Notes: generated by a model from the sequence alone, not told the origin. Positions 42,369-53,155 are shown, counted from the first letter of the stretch. The stretch: 64,000 bases of DNA from an uncultured Arcobacteraceae bacterium (GCA_964022095.1 CAXHZO010000003.1:64001-128000), one strand, 5' to 3'. A program made the numbers and translations.

Positions 42369-43124
42369 ATGAGTCAAAAAGTAAACTTTTATTCAGTAAT
42401 TATTGGAACTGAATTATTAAATGGGCGAAGAAAAGACGCTCATTTTTCCTTTTTAAATGAACAACTACTAAAAAGAAACTGGGAGCATAAAGCTTCATTT
42501 GTTATTGAAGATGACCCAAAACTTATGTTTGATATTTTTAATTTAATAAAATTAGATGAAAACTCAGTAATGTTTTGTTTTGGTGGAATTGGTTCAACTC
42601 CTGATGATTATACAAGACAAACAGCTGCACGTGCTTTTACAAACTATAAAATGGAATTTCATCAAGAAGCAAAAGATTTGATTTTAACTCAATTTGGTCA
42701 GGAAGCCTATCCTCATAGAGTGAATATGGCCTATCTTCCTATAAATGCAAAGCTACTTAAAAATGTAGTAAACAATGTTGCAGGGTTTTATTTAGAAGAT
42801 AGATTCTTTTTTACACCAGGATTTCCTTCTATGAGTCAATCAATGGTTATTGAAGCTTTAGAAAAGCACTATCCTATTTCAAAAGAAAAGTACAAAAGAG
42901 TAATGACTATTGATGCAAGTGAAAATGATTTAATAGAAACTATGAAAAAAATGCCAGAGCATTTGGCTTTTGCTTCACTTCCTAAAATTATTGATGATAA
43001 AAGAAAAGTAGTAATTAGTCTTGCTGGATATGACAAAGATGAGGTAGATGAGTATTTTAATTTATTTATAAAATATTGTATAGAAAATAAAAAAGAGTAT
43101 ATTTTAAAAGATATTAATTTTTAA
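42369..43124 (+). CDS. CinA-like / molybdopterin-binding domain protein
   Basis: IIGTELLNG, GGIGSTPDDYT, PGFP. Confidence 0.85.
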   Translation: MSQKVNFYSVIIGTELLNGRRKDAHFSFLNEQLLKRNWEHKASFVIEDDPKLMFDIFNLIKLDENSVMFCFGGIGSTPDDYTRQTAARAFTNYKMEFHQEAKDLILTQFGQEAYPHRVNMAYLPINAKLLKNVVNNVAGFYLEDRFFFTPGFPSMSQSMVIEALEKHYPISKEKYKRVMTIDASENDLIETMKKMPEHLAFASLPKIIDDKRKVVISLAGYDKDEVDEYFNLFIKYCIENKKEYILKDINF

Positions 43125-43715
43125 TTATTTAATAGGTTTTAAGTAGTCTCCAATTTTCCAACTATTATCCTTTGGATATTTTGCTAAATTATAATCTTTC
43201 CAAACTTTTTTGCAAAGCTTATTTCCTCTTTTGTATTCATCTTTAGCAAAAACATGGGCTCTTCCAAAGTTTGGAAAAACACCTTTGCCACTTGCATACA
43301 TATATGCTATATAACAGTTTGCCTCATATAATTTTTGTTTTGATGCCTCTTTGAAGTAATAAATCGCTTTTTCATAATCTTTATTTACAACTTTTCCATG
43401 AAGAAGAAATTTACCTAGTAAAAGCTGAGATTTATTATGGTTTTTATTTGCTGTTTTAACAATAAGATTATATGCTTCTATTTCATTGTGATATGAAGTT
43501 ATTTTTGATAAGTAGAATTTAGCTAAAACATATGAAGCTTCCAAATCTCCATTGTTTGATAAGTTTAGTAATATTTTATGTGCATTATCAAGACTTTTTT
43601 TATCTTTTATTAACTCAATTGCTTTTTTTAATTGGTCACTTATTTGAGTAGGTCTATTTAATGTTGTACTATTTACAAGACTGATAAAGAATATAATTAA
43701 AAAAACTATTTTCAT
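43125..43715 (-). CDS. Exported Sel1-repeat protein
   Basis: [19 protein letters not shown] and [11 protein letters not shown]el1 repeats; signal peptide. Confidence 0.85.
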   Translation of the reverse strand: MKIVFLIIFFISLVNSTTLNRPTQISDQLKKAIELIKDKKSLDNAHKILLNLSNNGDLEASYVLAKFYLSKITSYHNEIEAYNLIVKTANKNHNKSQLLLGKFLLHGKVVNKDYEKAIYYFKEASKQKLYEANCYIAYMYASGKGVFPNFGRAHVFAKDEYKRGNKLCKKVWKDYNLAKYPKDNSWKIGDYLKPIK

Positions 43716-44737
43716 TCTTCAATTACTCTTTGTATATTTGTACTTAGTGTAGTTACTATTTCATATGTAATTGTATCATGAACTTTTGCTAAAGGTTTCG
43801 CATCATCAAATATACAAACTTCTTCTTTATCAGTGTTTAAAGATAGATTATCCATAGATACCCTTCCTAAAACTTTATATCCATTTGGCGTTGTGAAGTT
43901 TTTTCTTTCATTTAGTCTTAAAAAGCCATCTCCATATCCAACATCATATGTAGAAATAATCATCTCTTCTTTTGCTTTATATGTTCCTCCATATCCGAGA
44001 CTTTGACCTGGTTTTAAAATTCTTGTTGAAATTTTATTTCCCCAAAGAGATAAAACAGGCTTTAAATTTGGAAATTTAAATACATTTGCATTGTCTAAAT
44101 ATCCATAAGTAGCTATTCCAACCCTTGCAAAATCTTCATTAAAATTTGTATGTCTAAATAGACCTGCTGAGTTGCATGAGTGAAAGCTAGGAATATCTAG
44201 TTTAAGTTGTTCACATATTTCACTTACACTTGACTTAACCCTAGAAAAAACTGACTTTTGCCAATAAAAATCGGTAGTTAGTTCATCTGCACTTTTGTAA
44301 TGAGTAAAGATACCAGTTATTTCTATATTTTTCTTATGAAGCCCTAAAATAGCCTCTTGTAGATTTTCTGGTTTAATTCCATTTCTATGCATTCCAGTAT
44401 CCACTTTGATGTGAACTTTACATCCAAGTGGCAAATAATCAATATCATCAATTGAATTTAAAGCGATGTGAAAAGTATGTGAATAAGTGTGAAAATTTTT
44501 GTGTGCAAGGATTAAGATATAGTCAAATAATTTTTCTATAGCTAAAGCTTCATCTAGTGTTCTAACTACTGCTTTTTTTATTCCAAATTCATTTGCTAAT
44601 TTTGCAATTTCTACTAAACCATGACCGTACGCATTGTCTTTTAAAACAACTGCAACTTTTTCTTTCCCACCTGCATGATTTGATATTTTTTCTAGGTTAT
44701 AAAACAAATTGTTTTTATTTAGTTTAATTAGTGCCAA
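43712..44737 (-). CDS. alr: Alanine racemase
   Basis: [10 protein letters not shown] (PLP lysine), [26 protein letters not shown] start. Confidence 0.96.
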   Translation of the reverse strand: MALIKLNKNNLFYNLEKISNHAGGKEKVAVVLKDNAYGHGLVEIAKLANEFGIKKAVVRTLDEALAIEKLFDYILILAHKNFHTYSHTFHIALNSIDDIDYLPLGCKVHIKVDTGMHRNGIKPENLQEAILGLHKKNIEITGIFTHYKSADELTTDFYWQKSVFSRVKSSVSEICEQLKLDIPSFHSCNSAGLFRHTNFNEDFARVGIATYGYLDNANVFKFPNLKPVLSLWGNKISTRILKPGQSLGYGGTYKAKEEMIISTYDVGYGDGFLRLNERKNFTTPNGYKVLGRVSMDNLSLNTDKEEVCIFDDAKPLAKVHDTITYEIVTTLSTNIQRVIEE

Positions 44738-44739
44738 AT

Positions 44740-46590
44740 CTATTCCTCTATGTTATTAAAATAATTATATATAACTATTGCATCTTTTTCATTTAAAACA
44801 TTTTTTAATTCTTCTGCTGATGCATTTTTGATTTTTTCAAACTCACCAAAGTAAAGAAGTAGTTTTTTTACTTTTGCTTCACCTATACCTTTTATTTGTA
44901 AAAGTGAAATTTGCTTGTCTTCTTTTCTTTTTTGTTTCTTATGATAGTTTATTACAAATCTATGAGACTCATCTCTTTGTCTTTGTACAAATTGTAATCT
45001 TTGATCACTAGGAAGTAATTTTAGTGATTTAAATTCACCACTTGACGTTTTATAGTGAACTATATCATTTGCTTTACCTTTAGCTCTGTGAGCTTTAGCA
45101 TCAACTTTCTCTTTTGCTATTGCAATTATATCTAAATTTACTCCGACAGATTGGACAATATCATATGCTAATTTTAATAAAGTCTCTCCCCCATCAATCA
45201 CCCATAAATCTGGTGCAGGGTTCTTTTCAAAGCTTTCAACTCTTCTCATTAGCATCTCTCTCATTTGAGAGTATTCATCTTTTGATTCTAAATTATAATG
45301 TCTAAACTGCTTTTTATCCCAACCATTTACTTGTTCATTCCAAACTACCATTGCTCCAACGGTTGCTTGTCCCATCATATGTGAGTTATCAAAACTCTCT
45401 ATTAAATATGGATTTACATTTAGATTAAATAGTTTTTTTAATTCATCATAAATTGAAGTTTGGTTTTTTGTTGAGTCGATTCTTAGAAGTTCATTACAGT
45501 TGTTTATTGCAATTTGAACAATATCTTTTTTCTTGTCTTTTTTTGGATTAGTAATTTTTATTTTTTTACTAAATCTAGCATATAAAAAATCTTCTAATTC
45601 TTCTTTATCTTCTAATTCAATTGCCGTTAAAACTTCTTTTGGAAGTAGGGGAATTTCATTATCATAATAGTTTATTATTGCTCTTTTATATGCTTCTTGG
45701 TAGTCAAAGTCACTATTGTCTTCTAGATTATCAATTCTTAAAAAATCATGGCTTGAAGAAGTTAATTTTCCATCTCTAATAAACATTCTAACTACAACTG
45801 CTTTTTTATTTGAAGTTGTAATTGCGAAGATATCGATATTTTCATTTGTAGCTAAATCCATACCTGACTTGATTTGGGACTTTTCTATAGTTTTAATTCT
45901 ATCTCTTAATTTCATGGCATCTTCAAATCTAAACTCTTCTGAGTCTTGCATCATCTTTTCATTTAGTTTTGTGATTAGTTTGGATTTGTTATAGATATAA
46001 CTTAGTGCTTCTTCAACTATTTTTGAATATTCACTAGTTGATATTTTACCTTCACAAGGAGCATGGCATCTTTTTATTTGGTGAAAAAGACAAGCTTTTT
46101 TCTCTTTTATACAAGATTTTTTTTGAACCAAAGGTACTATCTCATAAATACTATCTAACATATCTCTAGCACCAGTTGAGTATGGCCCAAAATATTTTAG
46201 ATTTTTGTTTTTATGAACACGTCTTGTTATTTCAAGTCTTGGAAATAGTTCATTATTATCTAAATAAATATATGGATATGTTTTATCATCTCTTAATAAT
46301 ATATTGTATTTTGGTTTTAATTGTTTTATCAATGAATTTTCAAGTATAAGTGCATCATGTTCATTTGGAACTACAATCCATTCTAAGGTTTGAACTTCAC
46401 TTATCATTTTATAAATTCGAGGGCTTAATTTATCTGAGGGTAAAAGTTTTGGAGTAAATTTGAAGTATGATTTAACTCTATTTTTTAATACTTTAGCTTT
46501 TCCTACATATAATAAATGCCCATCTTTATTAAAATATTGATAAACACCTGCATCATTAGGTAGTTGCTTTAACTTTTCTTCTATATTCAT
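44740..46590 (-). CDS. uvrC: Excinuclease ABC subunit C
   Basis: GIY-YIG (GVY...[15 protein letters not shown]), FDNSH, IDGG, RDESHRF, HhH. Confidence 0.97.
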   Translation of the reverse strand: MNIEEKLKQLPNDAGVYQYFNKDGHLLYVGKAKVLKNRVKSYFKFTPKLLPSDKLSPRIYKMISEVQTLEWIVVPNEHDALILENSLIKQLKPKYNILLRDDKTYPYIYLDNNELFPRLEITRRVHKNKNLKYFGPYSTGARDMLDSIYEIVPLVQKKSCIKEKKACLFHQIKRCHAPCEGKISTSEYSKIVEEALSYIYNKSKLITKLNEKMMQDSEEFRFEDAMKLRDRIKTIEKSQIKSGMDLATNENIDIFAITTSNKKAVVVRMFIRDGKLTSSSHDFLRIDNLEDNSDFDYQEAYKRAIINYYDNEIPLLPKEVLTAIELEDKEELEDFLYARFSKKIKITNPKKDKKKDIVQIAINNCNELLRIDSTKNQTSIYDELKKLFNLNVNPYLIESFDNSHMMGQATVGAMVVWNEQVNGWDKKQFRHYNLESKDEYSQMREMLMRRVESFEKNPAPDLWVIDGGETLLKLAYDIVQSVGVNLDIIAIAKEKVDAKAHRAKGKANDIVHYKTSSGEFKSLKLLPSDQRLQFVQRQRDESHRFVINYHKKQKRKEDKQISLLQIKGIGEAKVKKLLLYFGEFEKIKNASAEELKNVLNEKDAIVIYNYFNNIEE

Positions 46591-46689
46591 TTTGGAATAT
46601 TACCCTAATATCTTTTAAATATAATAATATTAATAAAAAGTTGTTTATTGTAAAATGATATTTAAAATAAAATTAACTAAGAGATTTAA

Positions 46690-47376
46690 ATGCCAGGAAG
46701 ATTAGCAATATTTGATGATAAACAATTTAAACAAGATGTAGTAGAATTCATTAAGCATGATATGGTTAATGAATTGAATCCAAAATATAATATTCCTCCT
46801 ACTATGCCAATTCCAACATTACTAAATTCTGGGGATTATTTATATGCTCACTTTGGGTATTTACCTTCATGGGCAAAAGATAAAAAAAGTATGAATATAA
46901 ATGCAAGAAGTGAGTCTATTTATGAAAAAAGAACTTTTAGAGACTCTTTTAAATTTAAGCGTTGTATTATTCCCATAAATGGATTTTTTGAATGGGAAAT
47001 TGAAGATAAAGAAAAAACGCCGTATTTTATAAAAGATAGTATAAATGATTATTTAGCAGTTGGTGGAATTTGGGATGAGTATTTTGATAGTGAATTAAAT
47101 ATGAATATCGTTACTGTTGCATTAATTACATGTGATGCAAATGAAAAGTTAGGGAAAATACATCATCGTATGCCAATTGTTTTAGAAAAAAAAGATTTTA
47201 AAACATGGCTGTATAGTGATGATTTAAAAGAACTTAATTCTTTGTTTAATATTTACCCAAGTGAGAAACTTGAACTTTTTACTGTCTCATCAAATGTTAA
47301 TAAAGTTTCATTTGATGAGATTTCTTGTATTTCAAAAGTTCAAGAAGTTAAAGTTGGACAACAATCTCTTTTTTAA
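46690..47376 (+). CDS. SOS response-associated peptidase (SRAP/HMCES/YedK family) with Pro in place of Cys2
   Basis: YNIPPT, INARSE, RCIIPINGFFEW, IHHRMP, VSSNVN; N-terminus is ATG CCA GGA AGA (MPGR). Confidence 0.9.
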   Translation: MPGRLAIFDDKQFKQDVVEFIKHDMVNELNPKYNIPPTMPIPTLLNSGDYLYAHFGYLPSWAKDKKSMNINARSESIYEKRTFRDSFKFKRCIIPINGFFEWEIEDKEKTPYFIKDSINDYLAVGGIWDEYFDSELNMNIVTVALITCDANEKLGKIHHRMPIVLEKKDFKTWLYSDDLKELNSLFNIYPSEKLELFTVSSNVNKVSFDEISCISKVQEVKVGQQSLF

Positions 47377-47918
47377 TTGTTTAATAGTTTTAAAATATCA
47401 TCTTCTATTGACATAGGATTAGTTGTACTTCCAAATCTATCAACAACATTACCCTTTTTATTTATTAAAAATTTTGTAAAATTCCATTTAATATCTTCAG
47501 TACCTAAAATACCTGGTTGTTTCGTTTTTAAAAATGTATAAAGTGGCGATTCGTTTTCTCCATTTACATCAACTTTTGAAAACATATCAAAGTTTACACC
47601 ATAAGTTAGTCTACAAAACTCTTTTATTTCTTCATTTGTTCCTGGTTCTTGGTTTGCAAATTGATTTGAAGGGAAACCTAAAATCATAAACTCTTTATCT
47701 TTATGCTTTGCATAAAGATTTTCTAAATCTTTGTATTGACCAGTAAAACCACATTTACTAGCAACATTTACAATAAGCAATACTTTACCTTTATATTTAG
47801 AAAGACTTATTTCTTTTCCATCTATATCTTTTACTGAAATATCATATAAATTCATACTTTTTTCCTTTGAAATTAAAGAAGTTACTAACAGAAAAATAGA
47901 AACTATAATTTTGAACAT
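47373..47918 (-). CDS. Glutathione peroxidase family protein with signal peptide
   Basis: VNVASKCGFT, GFPSNQF..QEPG, IKWNFTKFL; AAGGA RBS before the hydrophobic N-terminus. Confidence 0.92.
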   Translation of the reverse strand: MFKIIVSIFLLVTSLISKEKSMNLYDISVKDIDGKEISLSKYKGKVLLIVNVASKCGFTGQYKDLENLYAKHKDKEFMILGFPSNQFANQEPGTNEEIKEFCRLTYGVNFDMFSKVDVNGENESPLYTFLKTKQPGILGTEDIKWNFTKFLINKKGNVVDRFGSTTNPMSIEDDILKLLNN

Positions 47919-47997
47919 ATTAATCCTTTTTTATTATAATAATTATTTTAGCTTGATATTTGATATTTTGGTAGTAAAAAAATGAATATTTAAGGTT

Positions 47998-48879
47998 TTA
48001 TATCTCTTCTGTTAGAGTATATTTTTCTATTAACTCTTGAAATCTTTCATCATCAATAATATCAAAGAAGAACTTATCTTTTTGAAGTTTTTCAACATAT
48101 TGTTCACTTAACTCAAGAGCTTTTCCTAAGTCTTCAATACAGTAATCAATTTGTGCTAAAGTATAGTGAACTTTTGCTCTTTGGTAAAATGCATTTGAGA
48201 ATTGATCATCAATTTTAATAGCTTGATTTACTAAGCTTAGTGCCCAATTCGCTTCATCTAATTTTAAAACAGCTTCTGCTTTATAAGTAAGTGCTTCAAC
48301 ATCATCAGCACTTAAATTTAAAATTTCATCATAAATTTCAATTTTACCTAGTGTTGTTGACTCTTTAGATGCTCTCATCCAAAGTGAATAAATAGTATTT
48401 GTTCGTTCAATATTTTTTTGATTTTCTACTACTTGTCTTGATCTTTTTTCTAAGTCTTCTTCAAAAAGGTTTAATCTATCTTCATAATTAGAAATAGTAT
48501 CAGATATTTTTACATCAATATCTGCTCTTACTTTTTTATTAATATCTTTGATTGAACTCCAACCCATTAAAACTAAAAAAGATGAAGCAGCTGCAATAAT
48601 ATAAAACATATTATTGATTGTTGAAGTTGCATAGTTGATTACATTATTTGACATTTCAATCTCTTTTTTTGCTAAAGTTTGATGTAATTCAACTTTTAAA
48701 TTTCTATTCTCTTCTCTTAATGTTTTTAATTCATTTAAAATGTAGTTTTCTACAAATGGGTTGTAAAGTGGTTTTTCTAAACTATTTAATTTTTTATCAA
48801 TCTTATCTTTTGTTGTTGTTTGGTTTGCAAATATAAATTGCACAGACAGGATTAATAAAATCATAAATAGTTTTTTCAT
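47998..48879 (-). CDS. Membrane-anchored TPR protein
   Basis: Signal peptide, coiled coil, one TM helix, C-terminal TPR repeats. Confidence 0.75.
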   Translation of the reverse strand: MKKLFMILLILSVQFIFANQTTTKDKIDKKLNSLEKPLYNPFVENYILNELKTLREENRNLKVELHQTLAKKEIEMSNNVINYATSTINNMFYIIAAASSFLVLMGWSSIKDINKKVRADIDVKISDTISNYEDRLNLFEEDLEKRSRQVVENQKNIERTNTIYSLWMRASKESTTLGKIEIYDEILNLSADDVEALTYKAEAVLKLDEANWALSLVNQAIKIDDQFSNAFYQRAKVHYTLAQIDYCIEDLGKALELSEQYVEKLQKDKFFFDIIDDERFQELIEKYTLTEEI

Positions 48880-48880
48880 A

Positions 48881-50236
48881 TCAAAGGAGCTCTTCTTTCA
48901 GTGTTTTTAGTGCTATATCTGAAACATTTTGAGAAACACCTATATGAAATGAAATCTTTGATGGACTCATATCAAACATTTCAAAAGGAATATTCTTTTG
49001 CTTTAGTGCAGTTATAGCATCAACAATAGCGAATGAATTTTGTTTTAATCCAATACCAACTAGTGTTAAAATTGAGATATTATAGTTAACATTTACTTCA
49101 TCGGTTTTTAATCTTCTCTCAATTTGTCTTCTAAGATTGTTAATTTTACCTTTTAAGTCCTCTTGATCAACTAATATTGCAATATCATCTTTATCCGTTG
49201 GGTAGTGATAAGTATTAATATTAAAATCTTGAAATATCTTAAGTAGTTCTGCGCTAAAGCCAACTTCTTCGCCTAACATATCTTTTTGGATATGAATTGA
49301 AGCCATATTATCAAGTTTTGCAATTCCTACTAAATCTTCCATTGGAACTCTTTCACTTAAAATTAGTGTTCCTTCATGAGCAGGATTATTTGTATTTCTA
49401 ATATTAATTGGAATTTTACTTTTTTTACAATTTAACATTGCATTAAAATGGAATACATTAAAACCTTTTGAACTAAGTAATCTTAATTCTTTAAAAGTTA
49501 GTCTTGGAATTACTTTTGAATCTTCAACAACTCTTGGATCTGTTTCATAAACACCATTTGTATCAGTCCAGTTTTCATAAATATCAGCATCAAGTGCATA
49601 AGCTAACTCTCCACCTGTTAAGTCACTTCCTCCTCTACTCATAACTGCAATTTTATCTTGTTCATTTATTCCATAAAAACCTGGAACTAAATATATTTCA
49701 TCTTTATCAAAAGTGAAGCTATTTTCAATATTTTTGTGTGTTTTATATGTTACTTTTCCATTTGTTAAACAATCACTTAAAATAAAACCAAACTCTTCAG
49801 GTAACATAAGTTTTGTTTTTAATCCAACACTATTCATGTAAGATGTAATAACTTTAGAATTAAAGTGCTCACCTCTTGATAAAAAAAATGCCACTCTTTC
49901 TTTATCTTTTAATTTACAACTTTCTAAATCTTTTTTTAAAGTCTGTACTATGTCTTTTTTATCAATATTTAAATCAGTACAAAGTTTCTCAAATTTTTTA
50001 AGTATTGCTTCTTGTGACTCTTTTGGTGAAATTAATATCTTTTGACTCTCAAAATGTTCACCATAAGTTGCAAGGTTTAATAAGTGATCTGTAATTTTTT
50101 CTTGATGTGTTTCATCTCTACCAGGAGCTGATACTACTATTACTTTTCTTTGTTCATCACTTTTTATAATGTTCACTATTTTTTTTATTTGTAAGGCATC
50201 TTTTACTGAACTTCCTCCAAATTTACATACTTTCAT
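48881..50236 (-). CDS. ask: Aspartate kinase of the ectoine cluster
   Basis: KFGGSSV, VVSAPG, SRGGSDLT, ENWTDTNGVY..DPR; located in the ect operon. Confidence 0.93.
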   Translation of the reverse strand: MKVCKFGGSSVKDALQIKKIVNIIKSDEQRKVIVVSAPGRDETHQEKITDHLLNLATYGEHFESQKILISPKESQEAILKKFEKLCTDLNIDKKDIVQTLKKDLESCKLKDKERVAFFLSRGEHFNSKVITSYMNSVGLKTKLMLPEEFGFILSDCLTNGKVTYKTHKNIENSFTFDKDEIYLVPGFYGINEQDKIAVMSRGGSDLTGGELAYALDADIYENWTDTNGVYETDPRVVEDSKVIPRLTFKELRLLSSKGFNVFHFNAMLNCKKSKIPINIRNTNNPAHEGTLILSERVPMEDLVGIAKLDNMASIHIQKDMLGEEVGFSAELLKIFQDFNINTYHYPTDKDDIAILVDQEDLKGKINNLRRQIERRLKTDEVNVNYNISILTLVGIGLKQNSFAIVDAITALKQKNIPFEMFDMSPSKISFHIGVSQNVSDIALKTLKEELL

Positions 50237-50251
50237 TTAATCTTTTCCTCT

Positions 50252-50905
50252 TTATTTGTTACTAATCTTATAACCTCTATTTCTGATAGTTGTTATAAGG
50301 TCTGTATTAAAATTCTTTTTTAATTCACTTCTAATTTGATTGATATTTACTTCAATAACATTGTGACAAATGAGCTCAGGCTCATCCCAGATGGCATTAA
50401 CCAGCTCTTCTTTTGAAATAATTGACTTATTTCTATTTTTAATTAGATAAGATAGAACTTCATAGGATTTACCTTTGATATTTAATTTATTGTCATTATT
50501 ATCTAAAATGGATTTCTCATCATTATTGATTGTTAGATAGTTTTTGAATTTTAATTTACTTGCGAAGTTTTCTCTATGAATTGATTCTATTTTTGCTAAA
50601 ATTAGTTCATAATCAAAACAATCTTTTATTACACTAATTGCTCCATTTTTTAATAAGTCAATTTCAAAATCTTTTGATTGGTTTGAAGTAAGTATTACCA
50701 CTGCACTTTTAGAATTTAATCTATTTTTTAATAACTCTTTACAAGATTTAATATCATCTTCATATATTAAAATCAAACTATAAAGTCTAACTTGTGCATG
50801 ATAAACTGCATCATTTAAATCTTCAGCTACATCACAAATATAAAGATTATTTGATTCAATTTCTTCAATAAGTTTTTTATCTATATTTAAAGCTAATAAA
50901 CGCAT
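50252..50905 (-). CDS. Atypical OmpR-family response regulator (HsrA/CosR-like)
   Basis: wHTH KGKSYEVL..L...SKEELVNAIWDEPE...NVIEVNINQIR...RNRGY; receiver lacks the acidic pocket. Confidence 0.8.
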   Translation of the reverse strand: MRLLALNIDKKLIEEIESNNLYICDVAEDLNDAVYHAQVRLYSLILIYEDDIKSCKELLKNRLNSKSAVVILTSNQSKDFEIDLLKNGAISVIKDCFDYELILAKIESIHRENFASKLKFKNYLTINNDEKSILDNNDNKLNIKGKSYEVLSYLIKNRNKSIISKEELVNAIWDEPELICHNVIEVNINQIRSELKKNFNTDLITTIRNRGYKISNK

Positions 50906-50926
50906 TTAAACTCCTTTTAGAAGACC

Positions 50927-51322
50927 TTAGTCTTCTAAAGGATAAACTCCATTTTCATCGTGATGTTCAGTTCCTTTTATGGGAGGATTAAATACACAAA
51001 TTAGTCTCATATCTTCAGTGCCACCATATAAGTTATGGTCATCATGGTTATTTAGTGCATACATAACACCGTCATATATTTCATGAGTTTCACCCGTTGC
51101 TAAATCTTCAATCTTACCATTTCCTGCTACACAATAAACAGCTTCTAAGTGATTTTGATAGTGAATGTGAGTTTTTGTATTTGCTTTAATAATTGTTTCA
51201 TGAAATGAAAATCCCATCCCTTCATCTTTTAAAAGCATTCTTCTACTAACCCATTGTCCACCCTCGGCAAAAACTTCTTTATCTGTTCCTATCACATCTT
51301 TTTTAATATCTTTTACGATCAT
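50927..51322 (-). CDS. ectC: Ectoine synthase
   Basis: WVSRRMLL..EGMGFSFHET, HYQNHLEAVYC, CVFNPP..G.E.HDENGVY. Confidence 0.97.
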   Translation of the reverse strand: MIVKDIKKDVIGTDKEVFAEGGQWVSRRMLLKDEGMGFSFHETIIKANTKTHIHYQNHLEAVYCVAGNGKIEDLATGETHEIYDGVMYALNNHDDHNLYGGTEDMRLICVFNPPIKGTEHHDENGVYPLED

Positions 51323-51325
51323 CTA

Positions 51326-52606
51326 CTAAAATTCCTCTGTTAATTTTTTCTTTTTATCTGTTGCTAGTTTTGTTATAGCTCTTTCAAATCTATTTAGACC
51401 TTCATTTAATGTCTCTTCATCTATTATTAAAGGTGGTAAAAATTTAACAACTTGACCTTCTGAACCACACGTTTCAATAATTAGTTGTTCTTCAAAAGCA
51501 TATGATGAAATTTCACCTGCAACTGTTGGGTCATTTTTTATTTCAAAACCATAAGCAAGACCTCTACCTCTAACTTCAATATCAAATACATCACTGTGTT
51601 TTTGGGCAATTTCTTCAAGTTTTTTTCTTAATACTTTTTCTTTATAGAAAACAGCATTTGTTAGATCTTCATTTTGCCAATAATTTTCTAAACTTACTTT
51701 TGAAGCAACAAATGCTAAGTTATTACCTCTAAATGTACCTGTATGTTCACCTGGTTTCCATTGGTCTAAATCAGGTTTAAATAGTAATAATGCCATTGGT
51801 AAACCACCACCAATTGATTTTGAAAGAGTTACAATATCAGGATTAATATCTGCAAATTCAAATGAGAAAAACTCACCAGTTCTACCATTACCAACTTGAA
51901 TATCATCAATAATTAATAAAATATCATACTCTCTACAAATATTTTCTAACTCTTTTAACCATTTTGCACTTGAAACATTAATTCCACCTTCACCTTGAAT
52001 CGTTTCAACAATAATTGCAGCAGGTAAATCAACACCACTACTTCCATCACTTAAAAATTTTCTTAAGTAATCTAATGTATTAAAGTCACCAAAATATCCA
52101 TCAAAAGGCATAAATGAAGCATTTAATCTACTAATATAACTCTCATCTCTATAATCATTATTACCAGTAACTGCAAGTGACCCTTGTGATAATCCATGGT
52201 ATCCATTAGTAAATGCAATAATATTACTTCTACCTTTTACTAATCTTGCAAGTTTTAATGCAGTCTCAACACAGTTTGTACCAGTTGGTCCTGTAAATTG
52301 CATTTTGTATTCTAAATTTCTAGGCTTTAAGATTAACTCTTGAAATGTTTCCATAAACTCTTTTTTAGCAGTAGTTGCCATATCAAGACCATGTACAACT
52401 CCATCATTTTGTAAGTATTCAATTAAAGCTTTTGATATTAAATCATTATTATGACCATAGTTTAATGTCCCTGCACCTGCAAAAAAATCAATATAATCAA
52501 CATCTTGCTCATCTGTTAAAATAGCACCTTTTGCGCTTTTAAAAATTGTTGGGAAACTTCTTATGTATCCTCTTACTTCTGATTCAAAATTTTCAAATAT
52601 TCTCAT
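51326..52606 (-). CDS. ectB: Diaminobutyrate--2-oxoglutarate transaminase
   Basis: ESEVRGYIRSFP, DFFAGAGTLNYGHN, LSKSIGG, PGEHTGTFRGNN. Confidence 0.97.
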   Translation of the reverse strand: MRIFENFESEVRGYIRSFPTIFKSAKGAILTDEQDVDYIDFFAGAGTLNYGHNNDLISKALIEYLQNDGVVHGLDMATTAKKEFMETFQELILKPRNLEYKMQFTGPTGTNCVETALKLARLVKGRSNIIAFTNGYHGLSQGSLAVTGNNDYRDESYISRLNASFMPFDGYFGDFNTLDYLRKFLSDGSSGVDLPAAIIVETIQGEGGINVSSAKWLKELENICREYDILLIIDDIQVGNGRTGEFFSFEFADINPDIVTLSKSIGGGLPMALLLFKPDLDQWKPGEHTGTFRGNNLAFVASKVSLENYWQNEDLTNAVFYKEKVLRKKLEEIAQKHSDVFDIEVRGRGLAYGFEIKNDPTVAGEISSYAFEEQLIIETCGSEGQVVKFLPPLIIDEETLNEGLNRFERAITKLATDKKKKLTEEF

Positions 52607-52607
52607 T

Positions 52608-53117
52608 TTATTTTTTTCCTTTTAATTTAAAAGAACCAATTGTAAACATTGGCTCATCTTCATGTGCATTAGTAAAATCTTTCATTTTTAAAAACTTAGA
52701 TTTTTTAATTTTTGTTTTTAACTCATTTGCAACTTTTTCAAATACTCTAATTGATGAAGAGTTACTTGGACTTACTGTAGTTTTTATGAAATTAATATCT
52801 CTACAGGTTTTTCTTTTTGCAATTTTTAAAATTAATTTTTGAGCTAATCCTAAACCTCTGTAATTACTGTCTACTGCAACTTGCCATATAAATAGTGTGT
52901 TTTCATTTGGAACTAAGTAACCAGAAACAAATCCAATAACCTTATTCTTTTTTTCATCAATTGCAACACAACAGTAATCTCTAAAATGAATTGATTGTAA
53001 GTAATATAGATATTCAGAATTTACATCTAAGACTTTTGTGTCTTTAACTAGTTTTATTATCTCTTTAGTATGAGATTTATTGGGTTTTACCAATTTGATT
53101 TTGGTGGCCAAAATCAC
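52608..53117 (-). CDS. ectA: Diaminobutyrate acetyltransferase
   Basis: LDVNSEYLY, FIWQVAV...RGLGLA, TTVSPSN, HEDE; GTG start with AGGA RBS. Confidence 0.95.
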   Translation of the reverse strand: MILATKIKLVKPNKSHTKEIIKLVKDTKVLDVNSEYLYYLQSIHFRDYCCVAIDEKKNKVIGFVSGYLVPNENTLFIWQVAVDSNYRGLGLAQKLILKIAKRKTCRDINFIKTTVSPSNSSSIRVFEKVANELKTKIKKSKFLKMKDFTNAHEDEPMFTIGSFKLKGKK

Positions 53118-53155
53118 TCCTTTTGTATTTTTTGTTTAATAATTTTGTTTTATAT

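Noticed and set aside
47373-47918. Selenocysteine in the glutathione peroxidase
   Set aside because: The active-site codon is TGT (Cys) and there is no in-frame TGA.
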